Assembly (NCBI GenBank): GCA_018969615.1
Contig: JAGWYA010000001.1
Coordinates: forward strand, 169,141-233,140
Direction: 5' to 3'
Source: Patescibacteria group bacterium
Lineage (GTDB): Bacteria; Patescibacteriota; Minisyncoccia; UBA6257; 02-FULL-45-10c
Length of the DNA: 64,000 bases
In this document: one piece after another, positions 29,948 to 39,165 of the stretch
Position numbering within the stretch: position 1 is the first letter of the stretch
Layout: each line of letters starts with the position of its first letter
Notes under the pieces: model-generated
What the model was told of the DNA's origin: nothing
The model's database searches: none
The model's input: the letters and a program-made list of their open reading frames with translations, nothing else
Position numbers and translations under genes: made by a program

Positions 29948-29977
29948 TGAAATATAGCCGCATCCTTATTGTACTAA
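29948..29977 (+). promoter_or_regulatory. Candidate ECF promoter for 30073..30612
   Basis: TGAAATAT-N13-TTGTACTAA, identical spacing. Confidence 0.55.
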
Positions 29978-30072
29978 ACAAGCGGATAGCCGCACAGCAT
30001 GCCGCTGCCCTCGCAGCATTTCATCGGCAGCATGGTCGAGACTATTCATAATCATATCGATCTATTCTCTCT

Positions 30073-30612
30073 ATGAACAAAACAAGGCTCAAGCTTATCG
30101 CAGCAGCGACCATCGCCGCCGGAGTTCTTACCGCCGGCCTCGGCATCGTCCATGCGGCAAGTACGACGAACGGACATCCGTCCTTTATGAGCGGTATCGT
30201 TGCGGCGATCGCCCAAAAGTTCAATGTGAACCCAAGCGACGTCCAGCAAGTCGTTGACCAGCAGCTTGCCCGGCAGAAAACACAGGCAATGACAGCCCGA
30301 CCGCAATCAATCGCCGATCGGCTCGCTCAGGCGGTCACCGACGGAAAACTGACCCAGGCGCAGGCAACGCTTATTCAAAATGAAGAAGCGTCGGTCAAAA
30401 CACAAATGGCCGCGCTGCAGGGTAAGACCGGGACCGATCTCAGGACGGCAATGGGCCAGATCATGACATCACTGAAGCAATGGGCAGCGGATAATAACAT
30501 TCCGCAGCAATACCTCATGTTCGGATCCGGCAGGCCGCAGATGGGCCGCGGACACGGCATGGGTAAAGGACACGCCCCGAGCGCCCCGACGTCATCGTCA
30601 ACGAGCCAATAA
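30073..30612 (+). CDS. Secreted helical hypothetical protein
   Basis: Signal peptide ending VHA; LAQAVTDGKLTQAQA motif; Gly/Met/His tail. Confidence 0.75.
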   Translation: MNKTRLKLIAAATIAAGVLTAGLGIVHAASTTNGHPSFMSGIVAAIAQKFNVNPSDVQQVVDQQLARQKTQAMTARPQSIADRLAQAVTDGKLTQAQATLIQNEEASVKTQMAALQGKTGTDLRTAMGQIMTSLKQWAADNNIPQQYLMFGSGRPQMGRGHGMGKGHAPSAPTSSSTSQ

Positions 30613-30698
30613 AAAACAAAAACATTCACTCCATACTTATTGCCCTTCTGCCCCGCCTATGCGGGGCAGAAGGTTTTTAAGACGCACCGCGGGAGCGC

Positions 30699-31193
30699 TT
30701 ACACGCGATTCAGGAACCAGATCATAAAATTGAGATATGCCGCAAAGCTCACCCAGGCGAGATACGGAACCAGGAGCCAGGCCGCCGGCCGTGAGATCTT
30801 CGCAAAGACCGCGATCGTCACTACGATCGCTCCCCAGAGCACCGCGATCTCGACCAGTCCGCTCAAAGGATTCTGCGCACCGAAGAAAAAAAGCGACCAC
30901 AATACATTCAAAAGCAACTGCGCTCCAAAAACACACACCGCCGTCCGCACTTCGTGACGATGAGGTCCTTTTTCCCACACCCAAAATACCGCGACCCCCA
31001 TCAATGCATACAAAGCGATCCACACCGGCCCGAATATCCAGCCGGGCGGCGTGAACGCGGGCTTTGTCAGCGATGCATACCAGGGCGCGAGCGCCGGTGT
31101 TGTGAAAAAAGATCCGACGAAGCCAGCCGCTTCGCAGATCAGGATCGCACTGCCGTACTGAAAAAGCCGTGATAGACGCATAAAGTTATCCAC
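30699..31193 (-). CDS. tspO: TspO/MBR tryptophan-rich protein
   Basis: WY..L.KP.FTPP.WIFGPVW, LLVPYLAWVSFA..LN. Confidence 0.95.
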   Translation of the reverse strand: MDNFMRLSRLFQYGSAILICEAAGFVGSFFTTPALAPWYASLTKPAFTPPGWIFGPVWIALYALMGVAVFWVWEKGPHRHEVRTAVCVFGAQLLLNVLWSLFFFGAQNPLSGLVEIAVLWGAIVVTIAVFAKISRPAAWLLVPYLAWVSFAAYLNFMIWFLNRV

Positions 31194-31238
31194 CTTTCTT
31201 TTAGTATATCATCAAAGCTCGAGAGGTATACTGAGGGT

Positions 31239-31790
31239 ATGAAACCCGTTGAAATTCCGGAACCGAAGCTCTCCCGTCTTCTCTTCGCAGATACTCGCCT
31301 TTCCTGGATGTGGCTGATCGTGCGCCTCTATATCGGCTGGCAGTGGGTTGAGGCAGGCTGGGAAAAGCTCACGAATCCCGCCTGGACCGGCAGTGCGGCA
31401 GGAACGGCGATCAAGGGTTTCCTTGCAGGAGCGCTGCAAAAAGCAAGCGGAGCGCATCCGGACGTATCAGGCTGGTATGCGGCATTCATTCAAGGCGCGG
31501 CGATCCCTCACCCTGTCCTTTTCTCGTATCTTGTCAGTTACGGCGAGTTCGCGGTCGGCATCGCGCTGATCCTCGGTGTCTTCACCGGCATCGCCGCATT
31601 TTTCGGAACCTTTATGAACCTCAACTATCTTTTCGCCGGAACCGTCAGCACGAACCCGGTCATGTTCTTGCTCCAGCTCTTCCTGATCCTCGCCTGGCGG
31701 ACCGCCGGCTGGATCGGCCTTGACCGCTATGTCCTCCCCGCCCTCGGAACTCCATGGGAGGCCGGCGATCTCTTCACGCGCGAACGCTAA
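31239..31790 (+). CDS. DoxX/DoxD family membrane protein
   Basis: RLYIGWQW..AGWEK, GEFAVG, AGTVSTNP, GLDR. Confidence 0.88.
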   Translation: MKPVEIPEPKLSRLLFADTRLSWMWLIVRLYIGWQWVEAGWEKLTNPAWTGSAAGTAIKGFLAGALQKASGAHPDVSGWYAAFIQGAAIPHPVLFSYLVSYGEFAVGIALILGVFTGIAAFFGTFMNLNYLFAGTVSTNPVMFLLQLFLILAWRTAGWIGLDRYVLPALGTPWEAGDLFTRER

Positions 31791-31832
31791 AACCTTTTGT
31801 TTCAAAAATAAAGAACGCCGTGGAGGGCGTTT

Positions 31833-32219
31833 TTATCTCCGCTCAGCGAGCGCGCCAACTGCTTTTACAAGTTCATCGAGCCGATAATTGCTTTTTACAA
31901 AATAGCCAACCACATTGAATTTCTTTGCCTGTTTTTCCCTGCTGTCACTTCCCGAGACCGACACTACTGCTACTTTGATATCTTTTGTCTTTGGATCACC
32001 TCGTAAATGCTCCAAAAACTGAAAACCATCCATCGATGGCAAATACATATCAAGCCAAATAAGATCGGGCTTGCATTTTTTGAGGAGCTCTAAGGCGTCT
32101 TCGGCGGTCCGCGCGAGAACGGCGCTGTAACCCGCTTCTTCCAGCTCCAAGACAATAAGCTTGTTCAATGATGGATCGTCTTCAACTACAAGAATCGTCG
32201 TACTTGCTTTGCTCTTCAT
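31833..32219 (-). CDS. Single-domain response regulator
   Basis: LVVEDD, PDLIWLD..LP.MDG, YFVKS. Confidence 0.93.
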   Translation of the reverse strand: MKSKASTTILVVEDDPSLNKLIVLELEEAGYSAVLARTAEDALELLKKCKPDLIWLDMYLPSMDGFQFLEHLRGDPKTKDIKVAVVSVSGSDSREKQAKKFNVVGYFVKSNYRLDELVKAVGALAERR

Positions 32220-32261
32220 ATGCCAATAAGTATATCAGATTTGTCTGTTTTTGCATAGAAA

Positions 32262-32636
32262 CTATTCTCCCATCATGCTCAACACCGTTCCGACGATCGC
32301 TTCGATCGATGCGTTGCTTTTCACGATATAGCCGTTCGCGCCGGATTCCATCCCGCGCTTCATCTGTCCTTCACGGGCAAGGTTGGAGAGGATCAAAACC
32401 GGAATATGCGCGGTGGATGGGTCGCGTCTGATCTCTTTCAGAACCTCAAAACCGTTCATTTTCGGCAGCACCAGATCAAGCAATACCAGATCGGGCACGT
32501 GTTTACGGACCGCGAAAACCCCCTCATCCCCGGTCTTAGCGACGCGAAGGGTGATTCCCCGCTTCTCGAACGCGAATTGAAGCGGCTTGATCAAAGAATC
32601 CTCATCTTCAATTAAAAGAACATCAAGATTAGGCAT
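32262..32636 (-). CDS. Single-domain response regulator
   Basis: LLIEDE, PDLVLLD..LP.MNG, YIVKS; start set at MPNLDV. Confidence 0.93.
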   Translation of the reverse strand: MPNLDVLLIEDEDSLIKPLQFAFEKRGITLRVAKTGDEGVFAVRKHVPDLVLLDLVLPKMNGFEVLKEIRRDPSTAHIPVLILSNLAREGQMKRGMESGANGYIVKSNASIEAIVGTVLSMMGE

Positions 32637-34776
32637 GTGTTTTCTTTTCCTCTTCACGTTTGACCGTAAAATAGAACTTCGCCCCTTTGCCGCGTCCCGC
32701 CGATTCAAAATGAGCATCGCCGCCATGGGCGCGCGCGAAAGCCCGCACAATGAACAACCCAAGCCCGAATCCGTTCGGCGACATCCGCTTCGCGGCTTCG
32801 CCGCGGAAGAACTTCTCGAACATATACCGCTGCTCATCAGGAGAAACGCCGATGCCGTTATCAGAGACGGAGATCTCTAAAAACGGTTCGTTGCCATACA
32901 CTCTTTTCTGGCCGGCCAGGGTCACGGAACCGCCCGATTCGGGAACATACCAGAATGCATTGTTCAAAAGAACTTCCAGCATCTTTTTCATCTTTTTCGT
33001 ATCGCACTCCACTGTATCGGATCCCGGCTCAAGATTAATGGTCAGATCGATCTTCTTAGAATGGACAAGGAACTCATTTTCTTTAACGATCTCATCGATC
33101 AGCGGGCGCAGCCGACAAGGCTCCTTTTTCAGCTCAAGATTCTTATCTTCCACATCAAGCGCCGTGAGCATATCATCCAAACGCTCAATGACAAAGAGGG
33201 AGTTCTTATAGGTATCCTTGAGAAATTCTTTCTGGGCCTTCAGGTCGACGGTTCCATCCAAAAGAAGCTCTGTGCTCCAGCGCACGGCGGATAATGGCGT
33301 CCGCAATTGATGCGATACCACGGAAATAAAGTTAGACTTCGCCTCGTCGAGCTTTTTCAGATCGCCGTACAAACGGGCATTGTTGATCAGCACGCCGGCC
33401 TCGCTGGTCAAATGATCAAGCAGGCGGAGATCTTCGGTCGTAAAAAGGTCGTTCGAGGACTTTGCTCCGATGAAATATATCGCAATCATCTGACTGTCGG
33501 ACGAGATAGGGATCGCCAGCGTAAAATCAAGCTTGACCAATTCCTCATATGCTGCCGGCAACAGATCAATATGGACAACTTTTAATCGCACTCTGTCACG
33601 CTCCAATTCATGGATAATTTCATCTCGGTTAAGAATAAATCCCTCGTTCATTTTCAAAAACTCGATCAACGGGTTATTAGGAGATAACTCAATGTCTTTT
33701 TTAGAGTCACTGCTTGCTAAAAAAGTATCCTTAGAAGTTAATACTGCGAACTCAGCTTCGCTAACTTTAAAAGTACTTTTTACAATCTCATTAAAAATTT
33801 TTAAGAGCCTTTCCAGATCAAGGCTCGCCGTATGAATTGTCGAGGTCAGCTCTTCAATTACATTATTAAAGTTATAATGTTTATGAAAAAATATCCTGTC
33901 AGTCGCTTTTTCAATAAACTGCTTCAGCGGCTCAAACGTAAGCGTAATGACAAGAGATGAAAGGATAAGCGAATAGATGTATCCGAGTCCTGTATACTGG
34001 CTCACGGACGCAACAATAACGATATAGACAAAGCTGATTGCCGCAAAAACCAACGAGAATATCACGCCCATCCTCACCACAACCCAAATTTCCAACAGAT
34101 GATACCGGACGATCGCATAAGTCATAAGGATAACCATAAACGTGGCGGAGATCGGTCCGACCGTATTAAAATTCTGCGCTTTAAATACCAGCGGCAAAAT
34201 TAAATTCGTAATTACCGATGGGATCAGCATAAGCGCCAACCCCAAAAGCGCATATTTTAATCTCAATACATCAACGCCATGTGCTTTGTGATATTTGTAA
34301 AGCAGATAAAATAGAGATCCCAAAATATAGCCCAAAACAAGCATGCCATAAAATGGGTATGCGCTCCCGTATGTATTGATAATATGATTATTTCTGATGC
34401 CAACCGAAGTAACCACCTTGTTAACCAAGACAAGGATAATAAATACGCTAGGGGCCGCCAATATAAAAACAGGCGCAAGCAAACTACGACTAAAACTTTT
34501 CGGTTCTAATTCATATACAAAAAAGGCGAGGAAGGCGACGATGACCAGCGGTGAAATAAAAGTTATTTTACTCACCCAAAGTGCGGGAGGGAAATTTATT
34601 GTCGCCCAAAGCGAAAGGATCCAGCCCGATGCGCCAAGTGCGAAAAAAAACAGGCCCAAATTTAACGCCTTTTTGGGATTCTCATAAATAACATACGCCC
34701 CAAGAAGTATGTTTAAAATCCCGGTGGCTAAAAGAGGAAGTGATTCCATCATCTTTAGCATACCAAGGGTCGGCAC
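32629..34776 (-). CDS. Multi-TM sensor histidine kinase (7TM-type input, GAF-like, HisKA, HATPase)
   Basis: About 9 hydrophobic helices, SHQLRTPL, NNA, DNGIG, GFGLGL; start may be a few codons later. Confidence 0.92.
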   Translation of the reverse strand: MPTLGMLKMMESLPLLATGILNILLGAYVIYENPKKALNLGLFFFALGASGWILSLWATINFPPALWVSKITFISPLVIVAFLAFFVYELEPKSFSRSLLAPVFILAAPSVFIILVLVNKVVTSVGIRNNHIINTYGSAYPFYGMLVLGYILGSLFYLLYKYHKAHGVDVLRLKYALLGLALMLIPSVITNLILPLVFKAQNFNTVGPISATFMVILMTYAIVRYHLLEIWVVVRMGVIFSLVFAAISFVYIVIVASVSQYTGLGYIYSLILSSLVITLTFEPLKQFIEKATDRIFFHKHYNFNNVIEELTSTIHTASLDLERLLKIFNEIVKSTFKVSEAEFAVLTSKDTFLASSDSKKDIELSPNNPLIEFLKMNEGFILNRDEIIHELERDRVRLKVVHIDLLPAAYEELVKLDFTLAIPISSDSQMIAIYFIGAKSSNDLFTTEDLRLLDHLTSEAGVLINNARLYGDLKKLDEAKSNFISVVSHQLRTPLSAVRWSTELLLDGTVDLKAQKEFLKDTYKNSLFVIERLDDMLTALDVEDKNLELKKEPCRLRPLIDEIVKENEFLVHSKKIDLTINLEPGSDTVECDTKKMKKMLEVLLNNAFWYVPESGGSVTLAGQKRVYGNEPFLEISVSDNGIGVSPDEQRYMFEKFFRGEAAKRMSPNGFGLGLFIVRAFARAHGGDAHFESAGRGKGAKFYFTVKREEEKKTHA

Positions 34777-34846
34777 AATAGCAAATCAACGCCAAAAAAG
34801 TCTTTAATAAATGAGAAAATCTCGCTTTAAAAAATAACAAGCCGAA

Positions 34847-35416
34847 TTATTCGGCTTGTTTAGCAAATTTATTTATATTTTCTTCGGACACCGGACTGAT
34901 GAAAGCGATCATTTTCCATTCCCCGTTCGCACCATATACAAATGGCTGACCGGAAAAAGTAAAATTTATTTTCGCGCTTTCTTTAAGTAGCCTGAAAAGC
35001 GCAGGGCGAGTGGTTCCGCAAAAATATTTATATCCACAAGACTGTGCATATATAAAAATGAAGTACATAAGCTTATAGAAAAGCTTCGCATCCCCTCTCT
35101 TTTCGCGGATAATAGCCACTCGCGAAACCTCAAAGGATTTGTCCGAGTCCAAATCAAAATTTATCTCATACAATCCTCTGAAATTAGGCCGCTTCCCCGC
35201 TGGAATAAGCCTCGCGGTACCAACGGGCCGGCCGTCTTCCAAAACAAGAAGGTGGACTGATTGTTTATCAAATTTATCCGCGTCCAATCCAGATTTTTTC
35301 GGATGCACCACTCCATATTCTTGAGCGAACACGACATACCTTAAGCGAAAGCATTCAAGCAGATCATTTCGATCCCGTGCAATTCGTATCTCAATATTGC
35401 GTTTATCCATTGCCAC
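34847..35416 (-). CDS. LuxI/FeeM-like acyltransferase (acyl-HSL or N-acyl amino acid synthase fold)
   Basis: RLRYVVF..EYG, D.DKFD...HLL, VGTARL, EVSRVAI. Confidence 0.75.
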   Translation of the reverse strand: MAMDKRNIEIRIARDRNDLLECFRLRYVVFAQEYGVVHPKKSGLDADKFDKQSVHLLVLEDGRPVGTARLIPAGKRPNFRGLYEINFDLDSDKSFEVSRVAIIREKRGDAKLFYKLMYFIFIYAQSCGYKYFCGTTRPALFRLLKESAKINFTFSGQPFVYGANGEWKMIAFISPVSEENINKFAKQAE

Positions 35417-35578
35417 CTCGCTGGTAAAGACCTACTTTGAGCATAAAGGATTCCCTTTAAATATCAAGGTAACGCGATCGTCAAAATAGGACAGCGCATC
35501 CGGCGAGAAGGCAATCTCAGCACCGAGTTCGAATACCGAAAGGTCGGCGCGCAAGAGTTCGGCGCCTTGGTGCCCAAA

Positions 35579-35609
35579 AAACATACCTCCTGACACAGGA
35601 GGTATGTTT
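35579..35609. terminator. Terminator-like hairpin
   Basis: aaacatacctcctg...aggaggtatgttt downstream of 35621..35896. Confidence 0.75.
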
Positions 35610-35620
35610 ATATCCCAAAA

Positions 35621-35896
35621 TTATCGATGCGGGCAGCCGGCCCAGCAACAGGGACGGCGCATGCCCTTGTGCATCTTATCCAGACCGACGGTGATCCGGC
35701 GGGCTCGCGTTTCGTCCTGTTTCGCCGAGGTCACCCAGCAGATCCATTCGTTCCGCGCAAGCGGCGTGATCTCAGCCCACAATTTATTTGCCCGGGCATC
35801 ATGCCCGATCGCCCTACGAAGATCCGCGGGTATTCTATGAACCGTACCCGATGCTATTTTTAAGTGCGCCATTGTTTTTATCATAACAAATTCCAT
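35621..35896 (-). CDS. YdeI/OmdA-associated family protein
   Basis: IPADL, ITPLARNEWICWV.SAK..ETR.RRI; start uncertain. Confidence 0.82.
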   Translation of the reverse strand: MEFVMIKTMAHLKIASGTVHRIPADLRRAIGHDARANKLWAEITPLARNEWICWVTSAKQDETRARRITVGLDKMHKGMRRPCCWAGCPHR

Positions 35897-35946
35897 TAAA
35901 AAGCCGCCTGCGCTTTAATAAGACGGCCCATGCTCCGGATCGGAGC

Positions 35947-36732
35947 TTATGGCTTTTTGGCAAGAACAAAAATACTCGGACCAAAATGGAACCAGGACAA
36001 CATCCGCTGCGTCGATCCTTCTATGCGCAACAGCGCGCCGAGAGAAAGGATCTTTTTCAGGAATTGCGACCGCATATTGGATACTGAGAGCTTTTTCTCG
36101 ATCACAAACCCTTGATGGGCCAATGCGCGATAGATCGTCTGGGGGTGATGATTGACGAACGGCACTTCGCCCTCGGCAGCCGCATCATTCACCTTCACCG
36201 GAGCAAGCGGCGTACGCTGCAATCTCATACCGCGCTTCAACCGCGATTTAATATGCTGCGAGTTAGCGAATTCAAGCACGAGAAAGCCGCCGGGTTTAAG
36301 GATCCGGAAGATCTCGGCAATACTTTCTTCCGGCTCAGGAAGATGATGCATGACCCGCACGATAACCACCAGATCGCATGAAGCGTCCGGAAGGCCCGTA
36401 TGCGCCGCCGATCCCGCTGCGATCGTGACGCTCTTCCCTACCGCGCGCTGCGCCAGTAACCGCTGCACTTCGGACGGCTCAACCAGCGTCACCGTCTGTG
36501 CGATATGCGACAAAAACGAAGTAAGGCGGCCGAATCCTCCGCCGATATCCACGGCTGATTTGAATTTTTTTTGCCCCACAAGCCTCCGGATCGCCATCAC
36601 CTCGGCCTGATGCTCGTATTCCCGTCCGTGCCAAAAAGCCGGATATGAAAAATCCGGGTCGTCATAATACGCGTCTTTCAGTAATTCACTCACAATAGTA
36701 CTTATAGTATCTGTCTTTAGAATATTATGCAA
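35947..36732 (-). CDS. Class I SAM-dependent methyltransferase
   Basis: VDIGGGFGR, VMHHL, RILKPGG. Confidence 0.9.
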   Translation of the reverse strand: MHNILKTDTISTIVSELLKDAYYDDPDFSYPAFWHGREYEHQAEVMAIRRLVGQKKFKSAVDIGGGFGRLTSFLSHIAQTVTLVEPSEVQRLLAQRAVGKSVTIAAGSAAHTGLPDASCDLVVIVRVMHHLPEPEESIAEIFRILKPGGFLVLEFANSQHIKSRLKRGMRLQRTPLAPVKVNDAAAEGEVPFVNHHPQTIYRALAHQGFVIEKKLSVSNMRSQFLKKILSLGALLRIEGSTQRMLSWFHFGPSIFVLAKKP

Positions 36733-36860
36733 ACAAAAGCCCGGTGCGCCCGAACAGCATGATCGCTCCCTACTTTTAGAAATACGGCGCGGGCCGGCCG
36801 AATGGTCCCTTCGCCTTTATCCGTAAATAAAAACCACCCTTTCGGGTGGAATACTAACGT

Positions 36861-37370
36861 TTATTTGAAGACAACGACATCACTTTGATGCTCCGTCACG
36901 AGCCAGTAGAGCTTCGGACGGACATAGACCAATTCTTTCGTATAAAACCCCAGGCTGAGGATCCTCATCAGCAGAGGCGTCCTCTTATAGACAAGAAGGA
37001 CCAGATCCTGAGAATCGGTTAGGGCCCCCCAGCGATAGGACAACGTATAGGTTCTTTGATTGAAGTCGCTCAAGACGCCCTTTCTGCAGATCGGTGCGTC
37101 GAGCAAGATCGCGCTGCGAACGCGATCAGTATAAGCCATGGGGGGCTCAACGAGCTGAATACTCTTCAGATCATTGCCCCGGAACCGAGTCACCATTTTG
37201 AGGTAATCGTCCATAGGAACCTCGGGGGTGAACAAAGCGCTACACACGACGACCTTTTGGCCAACGAGTGACTTGACCCTGCTTGAGCAATCACGATACA
37301 GCTCATTACAGCTATACGCGTTCGCGCTCAACGTGAGCACGAGCGATAAGACCGCAGCCAATTTCCTCAT
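36861..37370 (-). CDS. Secreted hypothetical protein
   Basis: SD AAGGAGG, signal peptide ending ANA, own terminator. Confidence 0.65.
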   Translation of the reverse strand: MRKLAAVLSLVLTLSANAYSCNELYRDCSSRVKSLVGQKVVVCSALFTPEVPMDDYLKMVTRFRGNDLKSIQLVEPPMAYTDRVRSAILLDAPICRKGVLSDFNQRTYTLSYRWGALTDSQDLVLLVYKRTPLLMRILSLGFYTKELVYVRPKLYWLVTEHQSDVVVFK

Positions 37371-37464
37371 CCCTTTCCTCCTTCGTTTGAGTTTTATGCG
37401 TAAACGAACTGATGCTAGAATGCCATATCAAAGAGGATTCGTCAAAATTTCTCTCCGTGAAGGC

Positions 37465-37709
37465 ATCTCACTCGCGCTCGCTGGATCTCACAGACAAGAC
37501 GCTCGCGCTCTTTGGAACCTGCCTGCCGGCAGGCAGGCCCGGCGGTTCCAACGCCCCGCATTTTGCGGGGCTGCCTCCGCTCCGGAGAAACTTCTCGCCT
37601 CGCTAAAGCTTTGGCGAAGCGGGCCGTTTCCCCGACCCCCTTCCCGTTCAATCCCTACCCGGAGAAACAGAAAGACCGGCATATGCCGGTCTTTCTGTTT
37701 CTGCTCCCC
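37465..37709. repeat. Copy 1 of tRNA-Asn-linked multi-hairpin element
   Basis: Direct repeat of 39166..39388, with an extra cctgcctgccggcaggcagg palindrome. Confidence 0.9.
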
Positions 37710-37908
37710 ATCGTAGAGGTTACACGAACCAGGATTCAGAATGATTTCATTTTCCCCACCGCATAACTCACGGTATTATTTCCTTATTTTTAACGCGCCT
37801 GCTTAATTTTTGATTGTCTTTTTTGCGCATGGCTTTTTCGTAATAGGCATAGAACAATAATGCCGCCGGGGGATAGGGTTGTAAAAGTGGCGAAAAATGA
37901 TACCTGCA

Positions 37909-38289
37909 TCAATTATAGCTCAACGCGGCTAAGGCAAGCGATGCGAAAAGAATAGCAAAATCCCGGAAGATGATGTCTAGGGCGCCAATGTTTGCGACGA
38001 TGATTCCGACAAGCGTGAGCGCCGAAAGTAGCGCTGCATAAAACGCTCTCTTTCCAGTCAAAAGCCATAGCGACAAAACTATTTGATATGTCGAAAATCC
38101 AGCGAGGAGCAAATTCGCCGGGAATATATGGCGCAGAAATACCGGCAGATATCCTATCCACGCATCGGGCTCGATGAAGGACGCCACGGCCGCATAAAGG
38201 AACACAGACGCCAAGCCAATCCTCAAGAGGAATGAAGCGAAAGAAAGTGATGCATGCGAGCCATCCTTTTTGTCCATTATTGGATTCAT
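37909..38289 (-). CDS. DoxX-like membrane protein
   Basis: LLRIGLA.VFLYA, DIIFRD. Confidence 0.72.
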   Translation of the reverse strand: MNPIMDKKDGSHASLSFASFLLRIGLASVFLYAAVASFIEPDAWIGYLPVFLRHIFPANLLLAGFSTYQIVLSLWLLTGKRAFYAALLSALTLVGIIVANIGALDIIFRDFAILFASLALAALSYN

Positions 38290-38298
38290 CGATTGAAT

Positions 38299-38796
38299 TT
38301 ACTGGACCACTACCGTTCCACCTTCGCTCGGATTCAGGTGGTTGTGATATCCCCAGCTGCCAACGTAGATGAAAGTAAACGACCAGGAACCCCCGGGGGC
38401 GATGTTACTGCAAGAATCGAAGGTACTCCCTACGCAGCCGCCGGTTGTGGGATAGCCGTTATGGATCGGGTGTGGATTGGAGGCCACGCGCACATCGTCA
38501 GAAGCGGCATTCTTGAATATCACAACCCCTCCTTTCGGAATTGTGATTGTCGATGGAGAAAATCCCGAGTCCGTATAGGTAACGACATATTGAGCGCTCG
38601 TCTGAGGCGAAAGAGTGGATTGCTCCAAAGAGGAGGTTGCCGACGTTGTTGTGGGTTGTAACGGCTGGTCTGCAGTCGGCGCAGGGCGTGACTGATTCTG
38701 GGCTGAGTACCAATGTGCCAATTCGCCAACCGCTATGATCATGACAATAACAAGAAAAACCCCGCCGGCTAATGATACAAATCGCCTGGAGATCAT
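38299..38796 (-). CDS. Membrane-anchored cupredoxin-fold protein
   Basis: GFSPSTITI..G..V.F.N, SNPHPIH, GSWGYHNHLNP. Confidence 0.78.
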   Translation of the reverse strand: MISRRFVSLAGGVFLVIVMIIAVGELAHWYSAQNQSRPAPTADQPLQPTTTSATSSLEQSTLSPQTSAQYVVTYTDSGFSPSTITIPKGGVVIFKNAASDDVRVASNPHPIHNGYPTTGGCVGSTFDSCSNIAPGGSWSFTFIYVGSWGYHNHLNPSEGGTVVVQ

Positions 38797-38891
38797 ATAA
38801 TATCAAATATTAATTATATATTTAAGAATACCATAATTGTTCATGAAAAACATCGCGGTTTCACTGACGATACCCCCTCCTACGAACCCTC

Positions 38892-38964
38892 CTCTTTGGA
38901 ACCTGCCTGCCGGCAGGCAGGCCCGGCGGTTCCAACGCCCCGCATTTTGCGGGGCTACCTCCGC
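38892..38964. repeat. Partial copy of the multi-hairpin element
   Basis: Near-identical to the central part of 37465..37709. Confidence 0.85.
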
Positions 38965-39165
38965 TTATATTTCTGCTCCCCAGATAACTTCGTTGCCCGG
39001 GATCACCTCGAAGAAAATAAAAATACGCCTACGCTCCCCGGGGCTTTTCGTCCGCCTTCGGCAGAATCAGGGCGAAAAGAAGCGGTAAGGAATCGGCTCC
39101 GCCGATGACTTCGTAGCCGCTGAGGGATACGAACCTTCGGTTCGATCAATACGGCCCGGGAGGGA

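Noticed and set aside
36733-36830. SAM riboswitch upstream of the methyltransferase
   Set aside because: GC-rich pairing is possible but no recognisable riboswitch consensus.
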